Shown: positions 7,751-17,611 of the stretch, piece by piece | Numbering within the stretch: position 1 is the first letter of the stretch | Layout: each line of letters begins with the position of its first letter | NCBI GenBank assembly: GCA_964493715.1 | Contig: CAZBPC010000042.1 | Coordinates: 1 to 27,083 of the forward strand | DNA: 27,083 bases | Source of the DNA: an uncultured archaeon | Lineage (GTDB): Archaea; Asgardarchaeota; Lokiarchaeia; Sigyniarchaeales; SOKP01 | Reading direction: 5' to 3' | The notes under the pieces: model-generated | Seen by the model: the letters and a program-made list of their open reading frames with translations, nothing else | Told to the model about the DNA's origin: nothing | Databases searched by the model: none | Translations under genes and position numbers: made by a program

Positions 7751-9910
7751 TTAATCACATTCCATTAAAAAAACAACCTGATCATCTTCTTTTTTTATAA
7801 ATCCTAAATTGCATGCATGATAAAAATGAGTGTAAAATTTTTGTTCTGTTATTTGTTCTTCTTTAGCTAATTCTTGGAATTCTCTGTAATTAATTCTTCC
7901 CTTTACATTGTAAACTTTAGCTAAGTTAACAAGCGTTTTTAAATTTTTATTAAGATGATTCTTTTTTTTCCTAGCATCAAGAGTTTCTGTCTTATTTCCT
8001 TTTATTTTTGATACAGACTTTTTTAGTTTAGTTCTATCAAATTTAACTAAATCTGAATAAAATGTCACTCCATATTCCTTATATTTTCTGTACAAATCAC
8101 TTCTTTCAAAATTATCTATTTCATTAATGATTTCCTCGATAGTTTTATTCGCTAAAATAGTTTTTTCTTTTTCTCTTCTCTCCTTGTAGTCTGTAAAAGA
8201 AAAGTTCTTGGAACTCTTTGTTAAGAATTTGCTGAAATCAATTTGTTTTCTCTTAAGATCTGTCCCGAGTTCTAATTGTTCGGGGTCTAATAATATCCTA
8301 TTCATAGTATTTTCTTTGCGTAATGCAACATTGTGATAAGGGATATCAACAGTATTTCGTGTAAGCATAATATAGCATCTTCCTACTGAATGCCTACCAG
8401 TACGTCCTCTCCGCTGTATTAATCGAATTTCTGAAGGAACGGGTTCGTAAAAAATGATTGCATCTACATTTGGAATATCAAGTCCTTCTTCTGCCACACT
8501 GGTTGCAACCAATACATTTACTGATCCTTCTCGAAATTGATCGATTATATCTATTTGTTTATTTTGTGAAAATCCAAAATCATCTGTTTTAGTCGATTGA
8601 CCAATAAATTTTTCGACTATCAAATCGCTTTTAAACTTTTCATTCAAAACATGCTTAAGTTTTTCAGCCATTTCTCGATATTGAGTAAAAATTATGATCT
8701 TATCATTCTTATATTCTCCATATTCCTCATCTACAATCGAAATGACTTTATCTATTTTAGGATGTTGAAGAAATTCATGTTCATCTCGATTAAGCTTTTC
8801 TACAATTAATTTAAAATGATCAGAATTAACAATTCTTTTTGCTGAGAGAATTTCTTGTTCAGCTTTCCAATTCAATCTGTCTAAAAACGATTTGAATAGA
8901 GAAATATTCTGAGTCTCTAGTAAATCCTTTCCATGAAGAATTGAAATGCAACTTGAGCAATATGAAAATATACTTTGAATATTCAAGTCATTTTCTTTCA
9001 CAATGTCAATAACTTTTGGTGATTTATAGTATAATGCTTCAATATAATCTTCCTCACTCAGTTCGAATGCATTTCCGTTTTCATACTTTAAAGAAATTGT
9101 TATATCTCTTGAAATTGCCAAGAATTCAAGTTTTGAATAATATGGCTTATTTGGAGGAATTAATTTGCGCTCAATGAAAAATTTTAGATAATTTTCAAAT
9201 AAATTATACCACACCGCACTAAGTTCAAGAAATTTTAGAGGTAGATCAACGTATTCAAGGAATGTATCGATGTCGTATGTATATTTCATTACATCCTCAT
9301 TAGAATATGTTTTAAACACAACCTTTTCAATGAACAGATTGTCACATAATTGTTGAATATGACAATAATCTTTTCCTGGTGAAGCAGTCAATCCCAGAAT
9401 TAAAGGATCTTGACAAGTATTGATATATTCAGGAGCAAGGTAATTATAAGCATAATTTCCTTTCGTTCGATGAGCTTCATCGAATATCAATAAGGATACA
9501 TGTTCTAGACTATATCTTCCCCTCTCTACATCGTTTTTTATTACTTGTGGAGTGGAAATAATAATTTGTGAGGCTAAAAACAAATCAATTCTTCGTTCTG
9601 GGCTAATTTTACCGGTAAAGAAAACTACATCTTCCTCATTTACAGCTAAAAATCTTAAACAGGATTTAAAGTGTTGTGCTACTAATGGTCTAGTAGGAGC
9701 AAGGATAACAACACGTGCTTTAGGATACTTTTCAAGAGCTTTTCTTATCAATAATATAGCTATTATCGTTTTTCCTAATCCAGTAGGTAAAACTACTAAT
9801 GAGTTTCTATTGTAACATTGATTTACGATATTTTCTTGATATTGTCGATAGAGTAAACGGTTCTCTTTTAAAAATGACCCATTAAAATACCCTATCTTAT
9901 CAGATGGCAT
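7751..9910 (-). CDS. hef: Hef/FANCM/Mph1-family SF2 helicase, no recognisable ERCC4 nuclease domain
   Basis: R.YQ, LPTGLGKT, APTRPLVAQH, DEAHR, GLTASPG, ATSVAEEGLDIP and QRRGRTGR motifs. Confidence 0.88.
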   Translation of the reverse strand: MPSDKIGYFNGSFLKENRLLYRQYQENIVNQCYNRNSLVVLPTGLGKTIIAILLIRKALEKYPKARVVILAPTRPLVAQHFKSCLRFLAVNEEDVVFFTGKISPERRIDLFLASQIIISTPQVIKNDVERGRYSLEHVSLLIFDEAHRTKGNYAYNYLAPEYINTCQDPLILGLTASPGKDYCHIQQLCDNLFIEKVVFKTYSNEDVMKYTYDIDTFLEYVDLPLKFLELSAVWYNLFENYLKFFIERKLIPPNKPYYSKLEFLAISRDITISLKYENGNAFELSEEDYIEALYYKSPKVIDIVKENDLNIQSIFSYCSSCISILHGKDLLETQNISLFKSFLDRLNWKAEQEILSAKRIVNSDHFKLIVEKLNRDEHEFLQHPKIDKVISIVDEEYGEYKNDKIIIFTQYREMAEKLKHVLNEKFKSDLIVEKFIGQSTKTDDFGFSQNKQIDIIDQFREGSVNVLVATSVAEEGLDIPNVDAIIFYEPVPSEIRLIQRRGRTGRHSVGRCYIMLTRNTVDIPYHNVALRKENTMNRILLDPEQLELGTDLKRKQIDFSKFLTKSSKNFSFTDYKERREKEKTILANKTIEEIINEIDNFERSDLYRKYKEYGVTFYSDLVKFDRTKLKKSVSKIKGNKTETLDARKKKNHLNKNLKTLVNLAKVYNVKGRINYREFQELAKEEQITEQKFYTHFYHACNLGFIKKEDDQVVFLMECD

Positions 9911-10050
9911 ATGTAAGATATTATTTTATGGTCAACCTTTTAAATTCTATAAGTCTTAAGGATTATTAAAATTTAAGCTACGATATTAAATCAAAATGTT
10001 TATTAGCACGATTTTTTTCTTGATTTCTTCATTTATAACCTAAAAACATC

Positions 10051-10071
10051 TTTTCATTGTTGCAATGAAAA
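10051..10071. repeat. Perfect 9-bp inverted repeat, possible operator
   Basis: TTTTCATTG-ttg-CAATGAAAA in the divergent hef/transporter intergenic region. Confidence 0.4.
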
Positions 10072-10156
10072 TTTTCAATTTTAAGAATGTCAAGTTATTT
10101 ATAACATCAAGTTGAGAATTAAATAATATTATTTTTCTATTTTAAATAGAATAGAT

Positions 10157-11584
10157 GTGTTTATTATAACTGAACAAAAAAGTATATTATTTGAGGAAAA
10201 AGTACCAATGCGCTCCAAATTTGCATATGGAGGAGCAGTCTTCGCCAGTGGAATCCTTTCAGGTTTAGGATTAGGACCAATCACATACTATTACAACATA
10301 ACATTAGGGTTAGATGGTTATTTAGTAGGTTTAGCTTGGATGATATTTATGGTATGGAATTCAATAAACGATCCATTATTTGGATTCTTGGAAGACCGTA
10401 CAAAATCAAAGAAATATGGGCGTAGAATCCCATATATTCGATTTGGCGCACCAGTTTATTCTATATTGTTTATGTTCTGTTGGTTCCCGCTCGTTGATAT
10501 AAACAACGAATTAGCTTAGTTTTTCAACTTTTTAATTATTCTTTTTGCTTTTGATACAATTTTTACGATAATTGGTCTTATCACATATTCTTTACCAGCA
10601 GAAATGGCAATATCATCTAAAGCTCGAGCAGGAATAATGATATTCAGCTCAATTTTTAGCGGATTAGCGCTTCTAATCACTTTTTTACTACCTACTCTAT
10701 TGTTAACGAGTACACCTTCGCCACCTGTTGAAGTTTTCTTGACCACTATGGTAATTATCGGTATAATCTGTGGTATTATATTGTTTATAAGTAGTTATTT
10801 CCTAAAGGAAAATAAATACACTCAACTTGAAGAACCATTAGGATATTGGAAAAGCTTGATTGAGACTTTTAAAAATAAATCCTTTTTGATTTTTGAAGCT
10901 TCAAATTTCTGCTTCACGGTTGCTCAATACATTCTTACAACTTCCGTGTTCTATTATATAGGTTTTGTTTTAATGGCTGAAGGAATATTATCGATGCTAC
11001 CATTACTTATCTTTTTTGTTGTAATCTTTGCGTTCACTGTTGTTTATAACAAAATTTTAGGAAAGCACGAGTTAAAAAAAGTGTACTTTTTAATGTTATT
11101 AATGACGGGATTAAGCTTCATTTTGTTCTTCTTTATAGGATGGAATTTTATTTCTGCAATAATCGGAATGATTCTTTTAGGAATTGGTTTTTCTGGATAT
11201 TTTATGACCGGACAATTGGTGATAGCTGATGTTATTGATTATGATGAGATACGTACGAAAAAGCGTCGCGAAACGAGTTATTCTGGTGTCAACGCGTTAT
11301 TAACTAAGCCTGCTGTATCAATTGCTCCTTGGCTTTTCCTGACAATAATCGCATTCTTTGGTTTTGATAATGACGCAGCAACTCAAACACCAACCGCTCA
11401 ATTAGGAATAATGATAGGTTTTACAATTATACCCGCGATATTTATTCTACTCGCTGCTCTCTTTATAAAATTTTTCCCTTTAAGTGGTCCTAAATGGAAA
11501 GAACAGAAGTTGGAGATCCAAAGAGTTCATGTCGAGAAAGAAAAAGCTTATTTAGAGCATCTTAAACAGGAAGGCAAGATTTAG
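10157..11584 (+). pseudogene. GPH-family (MelB-like) MFS sugar transporter interrupted by an in-frame TAG at 10517-10519
   Basis: ORFs 10157-10519 and 10604-11584 share a frame, and the gap reads FFNFLIILFAFDTIFTIIGLITYSLPAEM. GPH motifs NDPLFG.L.DRT..K.GRR.P and ADVIDYDE.RT..RRE..Y.G are present. Confidence 0.85.
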
Positions 11585-11599
11585 AAAGAAATTATATCT

Positions 11600-11620
11600 A
11601 CTTTTTTATTTTTTTTAATT
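11600..11620 (+). terminator. Oligo-T terminator
   Basis: T-tracts (ctttttattttttttaatt) follow the transporter stop. Confidence 0.45.
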
Positions 11621-11640
11621 ATAACCTATAGAGAAGTTTT

Positions 11641-13032
11641 TTAACTTTTAAACCGAGGGAGCCATCGTTTTTCAGCCTTAAACATATCATCTACCATTTC
11701 TCTGACTTCTTTTGGAGAACACACGCTTGCAGTATTTGGATCAAGCAAAACGGCATGATATATCTTTTCTCTATCTAATTCAAGAGCTCCCTCAACAGCA
11801 GCTTTTTGAACCATTATGTTTGAATTACATAAAGCTTGACAAACAGTCGGCAATGTAAGGCCTCCTTGGGGATGAATGCCACGATTATCAGCATACGCAT
11901 GTACCTCAACACAGCAATTTTTTGGTAAATTTGTGATTAATCCTCCATCTTTATTAATGAGATTCCCATGGAATTTAAAGGGTTGATTGATTTCCATTGC
12001 TCCTATTATGTGAGAGACAAATTCATCTGAAGGATTATCTTTTAATTTTAGCTTGCTTCTTTTTATTTTTTTCTCAATACTAGATTCTTGTATCCCAGCT
12101 TGTGCACTATCTAAATCATAAGTGAATCCATGAGTTAACATTCCATATTTTTCCCCTGGAGTTTTATACTTTTCTAATAATTCATCTCTTTTTCTATAAT
12201 ATGGTATGTATTCACTGAGATGCCGTGATTCTTCAGTCATAAAATAACCCGTTGCCTCCATCATATCCCAACGGACACGTTCATTTTTAATTATCTCGGG
12301 ATTTTCCCTATACTTTTGAAAAAGTAATGGATAAGCATTTTTCCATTCAGCATTAGGATCATTGATATCTTTATATAATATTTGGAGGAACCACGCCATG
12401 TGATTAATTCCATAACAAGTAAAGGTAAAATTTTCCGGTTTGACTCCAATCCACATGCGTAAAATCATCGAAGTATGTTGTACTCCATGACATAGCCCAA
12501 CTGTGGAATCTGGCACGATTTCATTGCAAAACCAAGTATTCATCGCCATTGGATTGGCATAGTTTAATAAAGTTGGCTTTAAACCATCATTATTGCAATT
12601 ATATCCAACTTCTTGCATTAAAGTAACTATCTCTTTTAACACGGAGGAAGCCCGAAGAAACCGAAATACTCCGCCAGGTCCAATAGTATCACCAACACAC
12701 TGAGTTACCCCATATCTTAACGGAATGTCTAAATCAATTTTATATGCATCTAAACCTCCAACGTGAATTGAGCATATTACATATTTTGTTTCTTTAATCG
12801 CATTTTTTAAATTTGTAGTTTTTTCAAAATGAACGTGCTCCAATTGTTTTGGATACAAGTCCTTATATTTTATCATCAGGCGATACATTAAATCCAAACG
12901 AACAGGATCAATATCTTCTAAACAAATAGTCATATCTTGCGTGAGAAAAGGATGTGTAATAATATCTGTAAGGACATTCTGCCCAAATACAACACTCCCA
13001 GCTCCTATAAATGCAATTTTCAATAATTTCAC
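11641..13032 (-). CDS. melA: Glycoside hydrolase family 4 (NAD+/Mn2+-dependent alpha-galactosidase/glucosidase, MelA-like)
   Basis: KIAFIGAGS Rossmann motif, DTIGPGG, NYANP, GLCHG, GINHMAWF, TEESRHLSEY.P. True start is likely GTG 13032 or TTG 13023 (AAGGTGA upstream) rather than 13086. Confidence 0.9.
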   Translation of the reverse strand: MKLLKIAFIGAGSVVFGQNVLTDIITHPFLTQDMTICLEDIDPVRLDLMYRLMIKYKDLYPKQLEHVHFEKTTNLKNAIKETKYVICSIHVGGLDAYKIDLDIPLRYGVTQCVGDTIGPGGVFRFLRASSVLKEIVTLMQEVGYNCNNDGLKPTLLNYANPMAMNTWFCNEIVPDSTVGLCHGVQHTSMILRMWIGVKPENFTFTCYGINHMAWFLQILYKDINDPNAEWKNAYPLLFQKYRENPEIIKNERVRWDMMEATGYFMTEESRHLSEYIPYYRKRDELLEKYKTPGEKYGMLTHGFTYDLDSAQAGIQESSIEKKIKRSKLKLKDNPSDEFVSHIIGAMEINQPFKFHGNLINKDGGLITNLPKNCCVEVHAYADNRGIHPQGGLTLPTVCQALCNSNIMVQKAAVEGALELDREKIYHAVLLDPNTASVCSPKEVREMVDDMFKAEKRWLPRFKS

Positions 13033-13089
13033 CTTATATAACTTTATATATAGATCAGTTAAATAATAAAAATAAATTAAGCCCATTAA

Positions 13090-14109
13090 TTATATTTTAC
13101 CGGAAGGAAAAAATTTGATGACTTTATCTTCTTCAATACGTCGTATTTGATTGCTTTTTTCTAACATTTTAAGAGTCAAGCATATCCATCCTCGAGCAAT
13201 CTGTTTTAACATCTGGTTTTCATTTGAATAAATAATTTGAACAATCTCAGAGGGGGAAATACCCCTCTCTGAATGATTTTGAATAATTTTTATTACTTGC
13301 CTTGTTCTATTCTCTCGATGGTTTAAGATCTCTTCAATTCTTTCTTTCGGATTTTCAATCAAATCACCATGAGCGGGTAGTATCACTTTGAGGTTTGGCA
13401 ATGAATGAATATACTCAAGAGAATTATTGTATTCCTTAATATCACAATTAGGTGGTCCAAGCCAAGTAGTAATAGATTTCAAAATGTTATCTCCTGATAA
13501 CAATATTCCTTTTTCTTTATTGTATAACGATACATGATCAATAGCATGACCAGGGGTAGGGAATAAGTTCCATTGTTCACCATTAATTTCAATTATAGAA
13601 CTTTCTTCAATAATCTCATCGGGATTGTTAATGTATGCGAGACCATAGATTCTTTTGTAGAAAAAACGAGTGAAAAACGTTTCAAGAAAATCCCTTAATT
13701 TACTTTTTACTCCTTTTTTTAAGATTAAATAGTCTATATATGCATCAGCGTGGAATGATTTCATAAAACTTTTCTTATCCTTAATAATTTCAGCCATCCT
13801 CTTTGTAAGAAGTATTTTCACACCAGTTTTTTTTCTAATTTTCATTAAACCTGAAAAATGATCTGGATGGCAATGGCTAGGAATGATTCGAGTGATCGAA
13901 AATCCTTTATTTTTTAGAACATGCTCGTTTTTTATTTGATCCACTTCATCTAAAAAATGTCGAACTGCTCTTTTATTACCAAATCCAGCATCAAAAATTA
14001 GCCCATCTTCGCCAGTAATAATATAAATATTAATAGAGGGTTTTATATTTCCAAATGATCCTTTTTCTCTTATGAGAAATATTCCATTGTAGACTTCCTT
14101 CATAACCAT
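13090..14109 (-). CDS. MBL-fold metallo-hydrolase with C-terminal winged helix (LACTB2-like architecture)
   Basis: SHCHPDH, TPGH, LSGD and PAHG motifs. Confidence 0.88.
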   Translation of the reverse strand: MVMKEVYNGIFLIREKGSFGNIKPSINIYIITGEDGLIFDAGFGNKRAVRHFLDEVDQIKNEHVLKNKGFSITRIIPSHCHPDHFSGLMKIRKKTGVKILLTKRMAEIIKDKKSFMKSFHADAYIDYLILKKGVKSKLRDFLETFFTRFFYKRIYGLAYINNPDEIIEESSIIEINGEQWNLFPTPGHAIDHVSLYNKEKGILLSGDNILKSITTWLGPPNCDIKEYNNSLEYIHSLPNLKVILPAHGDLIENPKERIEEILNHRENRTRQVIKIIQNHSERGISPSEIVQIIYSNENQMLKQIARGWICLTLKMLEKSNQIRRIEEDKVIKFFPSGKI

Positions 14110-14129
14110 TCATTAAATATTGTTGTTTG

Positions 14130-14753
14130 CTAGATCTTAATTTCTAGTTTTTCCTGCTTTTTTTTCTCGATTCTATGTGCATTTTTTAAAATGAAATAGC
14201 TAATTAGCGTTCCTATCATGAAGGGAATTAATATTTGAAGCCAAATGAGTTCAATTGGTAGAAGATACGTAGGAGGTTCGTGTTGGGGATTGGATGGGAG
14301 AGTTCTCAAATAATAAGAAAATGCTGAAGTAATCCACGTATACGCCCATGCAATAAACGTTGCTATTCCTAACCATTTTCCCTTCCTGTATACTGAAGGT
14401 TTCTTAAAATAGGAAATATAAGTTTTCCATATAATTACTACCATCACAGCAAAACTGGGCCAGACATGGATACTAAAACTCGGATCAGTTCCTTCAAAGG
14501 GAGGAATATTAAAAAAAAGGGCTCCTATAAATCCTGTAAGTCCCGCAAATAATCCAAGAAAGTACAGAGTGGTCGCAAAACTCCCAAAGGCACGATGAGA
14601 GCGAAATAAGATATCATTTGTTTTAAGAATCGCTATTTTTTTATGATATATTGCACTGTACATGCCAGTAAATAACTGAACTGTTGCACATAAACATCCT
14701 AACATTGTGATTATGGTATTAAATTCTGCGACACTATAGGTTATTCCAGCCAA
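14130..14753 (-). CDS. Membrane protein (about 5 TM), possible cytochrome-b-like
   Basis: Hydrophobic helices with His at helix starts (SHRAFG, SIHVWP); TTG start. Confidence 0.6.
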   Translation of the reverse strand: MAGITYSVAEFNTIITMLGCLCATVQLFTGMYSAIYHKKIAILKTNDILFRSHRAFGSFATTLYFLGLFAGLTGFIGALFFNIPPFEGTDPSFSIHVWPSFAVMVVIIWKTYISYFKKPSVYRKGKWLGIATFIAWAYTWITSAFSYYLRTLPSNPQHEPPTYLLPIELIWLQILIPFMIGTLISYFILKNAHRIEKKKQEKLEIKI

Positions 14754-14970
14754 ATTATTTCATTTTATTGATTCTACTTTTATTAATTTAATTTGATACT
14801 GCTTTAGATTAAAATTTATTCAAATCTATATATTGAAATTAATTCCAATTGGTTCTCCATATACTGGTATGTATATGTAAAAATCTAATACTTAAAACTG
14901 TTTAATATAGTAATCTCAACTAACTTGAATGTAATGAAAAATTTAATCTAAAGAAAACTAAAAAATATAA

Positions 14971-16029
14971 TTAATTGAGCCACGGGAATAAGATCTGGTT
15001 GAGACGGAGGGTTCCCATAATGGATATAATCCATCCAATTAATATTGAAATAGAGAAAAGATACCAAGCTACCTTAGAAATTCTCTGATGCAAATATTTT
15101 GTTCTTTTTCTTTTTAGAAAGCCAGAAATACCTCCTATTACAAGAACTGAAATCGTAACCAATCCAAATATCCCGTGTATCGAATAAAAGACTCCTCCTT
15201 TAGTACTTATTGTGAAATAGACCCAATATATGAAAGAAATTAGTGAAAATGAGATAAATAAAAGAGAAAAAGTTAAATGAAAACGCCTGTTCATAAATTC
15301 AGGTAACCTTTTATAACGATCGGATTGCGGGATGGATTTATAACCAGAAATGAGTGCTAATCCTCCAAAAATAAATGCGATACAAAATAAGTAAGCATGA
15401 GTTATCCATGATGAAAAGTTTGTTCTCATTGCATTATCACTCCAGCCTCTTGATTCCCAGAAACCAATATAATCATAGTTCACCGCCTCAATTTTAACAA
15501 TCCACTTGATCCATTTATAACCATAATGATCAGGGCATACTAGACGTATTGGATAACCATGAGCAGGTGGTAATTCTACTCCATTCATTTTAAATGCCAA
15601 AAGAATATTTTCTGCAGAAGCTTCAATGACATTTAATGAATCTGAATAACCATCAGCTGCGTAAAATATTAGATCCCGAGCAGTTACCTGTAATCCAGCT
15701 AACTCTAAAATATCAACAAGAGGAATTCCTTCCCATTCTGCCGTGCCAAAAGGTCCGTCAACACATTCTAAAGTCGCGATTATCTTTACAGAATCCATTT
15801 GTGTTAAATTTTCATAATTAAGTATCAACTGATTATCAACAGCTCCAGTAATAATAAGGGTCCATTCGTCTTTTTGGATCTCTGGAATTTCTCCTATTTC
15901 TAGCTCGAAAAAAAGGTTATTGGGTGTGATAATAGTCCGTGAAAAATTATTTATTCCCACCGAAATTAAAGGGATTGTTAGTAGGATAATTGTACCCACA
16001 AAATATAAGATATGTTTCTTCATAATCAC
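14971..16029 (-). CDS. Sulfite-oxidase-family molybdopterin oxidoreductase fused to a cytochrome b561-like membrane domain
   Basis: W.L.ITG.V, LECVDG (Mo-ligating Cys), W.G..L, HGYPIRL..P..YGYK..KW, GFWE.RGW; N-terminal hydrophobic anchor; C-terminal four helices each carrying a His. Confidence 0.85.
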   Translation of the reverse strand: MIMKKHILYFVGTIILLTIPLISVGINNFSRTIITPNNLFFELEIGEIPEIQKDEWTLIITGAVDNQLILNYENLTQMDSVKIIATLECVDGPFGTAEWEGIPLVDILELAGLQVTARDLIFYAADGYSDSLNVIEASAENILLAFKMNGVELPPAHGYPIRLVCPDHYGYKWIKWIVKIEAVNYDYIGFWESRGWSDNAMRTNFSSWITHAYLFCIAFIFGGLALISGYKSIPQSDRYKRLPEFMNRRFHLTFSLLFISFSLISFIYWVYFTISTKGGVFYSIHGIFGLVTISVLVIGGISGFLKRKRTKYLHQRISKVAWYLFSISILIGWIISIMGTLRLNQILFPWLN

Positions 16030-16282
16030 GTATTAAGATATAACTTGATTGTTCATTTATAGCAGAAGAAGAAAAGAATGAATTTAAAGATCCTTGTTAT
16101 TAATAAAAGGTAATATTTTTTCTCATACCTTTTCGATATCAAGAATATAAGAGATATAAAATGTGATTTTGTTTTAAGTGGACTATTTCTATCGATTAAA
16201 CTCTGAATGATTCTAAATCTATTCAATTAATTAACATATAAAAAATAGATAAAAAAAAAGAATTAAAAATTCTCGTATTGGA

Positions 16283-16495
16283 TTATTTGAAGTATTTAAT
16301 CGCTAAGAGAATATCGTCTTTTGTTACTTTCTTCCTTTTTGCGTGTTTGGTTAGTCCTAATGCGGTTTTGGTGATTTTTTCAGCAGATTGACTCATCCAA
16401 TCAACTAATTCATCAACTGCATCTCTAGCTACGATTACTGCACCATTGTGTTTCATTAACCGTCTAATAGGGCTCCAACTTATATATTCTGCCAT
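16283..16495 (-). CDS. Archaeal histone
   Basis: 70-aa histone fold: P.RRLMK..GA..V..DA...HAKRK.V...DI.LA; GGAG RBS upstream and T-tract downstream on the minus strand. Confidence 0.93.
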   Translation of the reverse strand: MAEYISWSPIRRLMKHNGAVIVARDAVDELVDWMSQSAEKITKTALGLTKHAKRKKVTKDDILLAIKYFK

Positions 16496-16897
16496 TTTTT
16501 TTTCTCCACAATTTTAATTTTTAATAATTTTGGTGTTATATAAGCAATGATTAAACACATATTTAAAGATTTTGGTAATTTCAGAAAATTTGGGAGGAAA
16601 AAAGAGAAAAGAATTTACGACAAAATTCCGATCCATATAATTGATCAATTTGGTGTAAGTTAGGGATTTTTAATGGAAATCTATATCTTATTAAGTTTTG
16701 ATTCTAAAGTAATGATATATTGGAGGAAATTATCTTAAAAATTGAATTATGCTAAAAATTATAGAGATGGGAAATTTTTAATCAAATTATGAAGTGTTGA
16801 AATCAGAAATTTCGTACCAAGTAAACTAAAAAAATTCTAGTTAAAACTCTTATTTTCAAATCTTTTATAAAGAAAGAATTGAATTAGGTTATTGATT

Positions 16898-17503
16898 TCA
16901 TATCTCAGAGACTGATGCACGTTTTGTTCTTCTGGATCTTAAACCTAATACGACAAATAATCCCATATGAAGAATTGCACCAAATAAAATTCCAAAGAAT
17001 AGCTCAACACTGCTTGCCATTGCAGTCCATCCCAAACCAATTAATACATATAATCCCAGTGGAATATTTATTACTACGCTGGCGATTAATCCCGGATTAT
17101 ATCGTTTGAATCGAATACTCGCAATAACATGAACAAACCCGTTAAATGCAACAAGAGTCATTAGCATCAACGGAAAAATAATTGAGATATTACCTAAAAC
17201 AATCAGAATTGGTGTAAGGATCCAGATAAACCCTATATTTATGACCAAAACCATTTTATCGGTCAAAATTTCACGAGTATTTTCTTCTCGACTCAAGATC
17301 TTGTTCATCTCCGCTTTGAATCCGCCAGGATACACATACTCCTCGAATTGGTGGATCATGTATAGGGGTAAACTTAACCAATAAAGCCATTCGAAACTTC
17401 CAATAGGTGCTTTTGAATTTAAGAAAAGCAAGAGGAGGATAAAAATAGCAGCAATAAGTCCCGCTTTAGCCCAATACTCATAGAAAAATTTCTGTTCACT
17501 CAT
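16898..17503 (-). CDS. HXXEE-domain membrane protein
   Basis: HQFEEY.YPGGF, N...H, Y.PGL motifs; multiple TM helices. Confidence 0.85.
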   Translation of the reverse strand: MSEQKFFYEYWAKAGLIAAIFILLLLFLNSKAPIGSFEWLYWLSLPLYMIHQFEEYVYPGGFKAEMNKILSREENTREILTDKMVLVINIGFIWILTPILIVLGNISIIFPLMLMTLVAFNGFVHVIASIRFKRYNPGLIASVVINIPLGLYVLIGLGWTAMASSVELFFGILFGAILHMGLFVVLGLRSRRTKRASVSEI

Positions 17504-17611
17504 AATAATTTATTAATTCTACATCATTTATAAGCTTCATAGAAGTTTATTAAAATAGAGCTTATTAAAATGCCAAAAGAGTGTTTTAGAATAAAAAGAT
17601 TAAACCGAAAT

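Noticed and set aside
10500-10604. Frameshift or two separate genes as explanation of the split transporter
   Set aside because: Both parts are in the same frame and the intervening codons encode the missing TM helix.
13033-13086. N-terminal extension of the GH4 ORF (MGLIYFYY...)
   Set aside because: GH4 enzymes begin just before KIAFIGAGS, and an RBS-like AAGGTGA lies at the downstream start.
16496-16897. 400-nt intergenic region upstream of the histone as a possible ncRNA or repeat array
   Set aside because: AT-rich with no GC-rich stems or regular repeats; consistent with promoter and terminator sequence.
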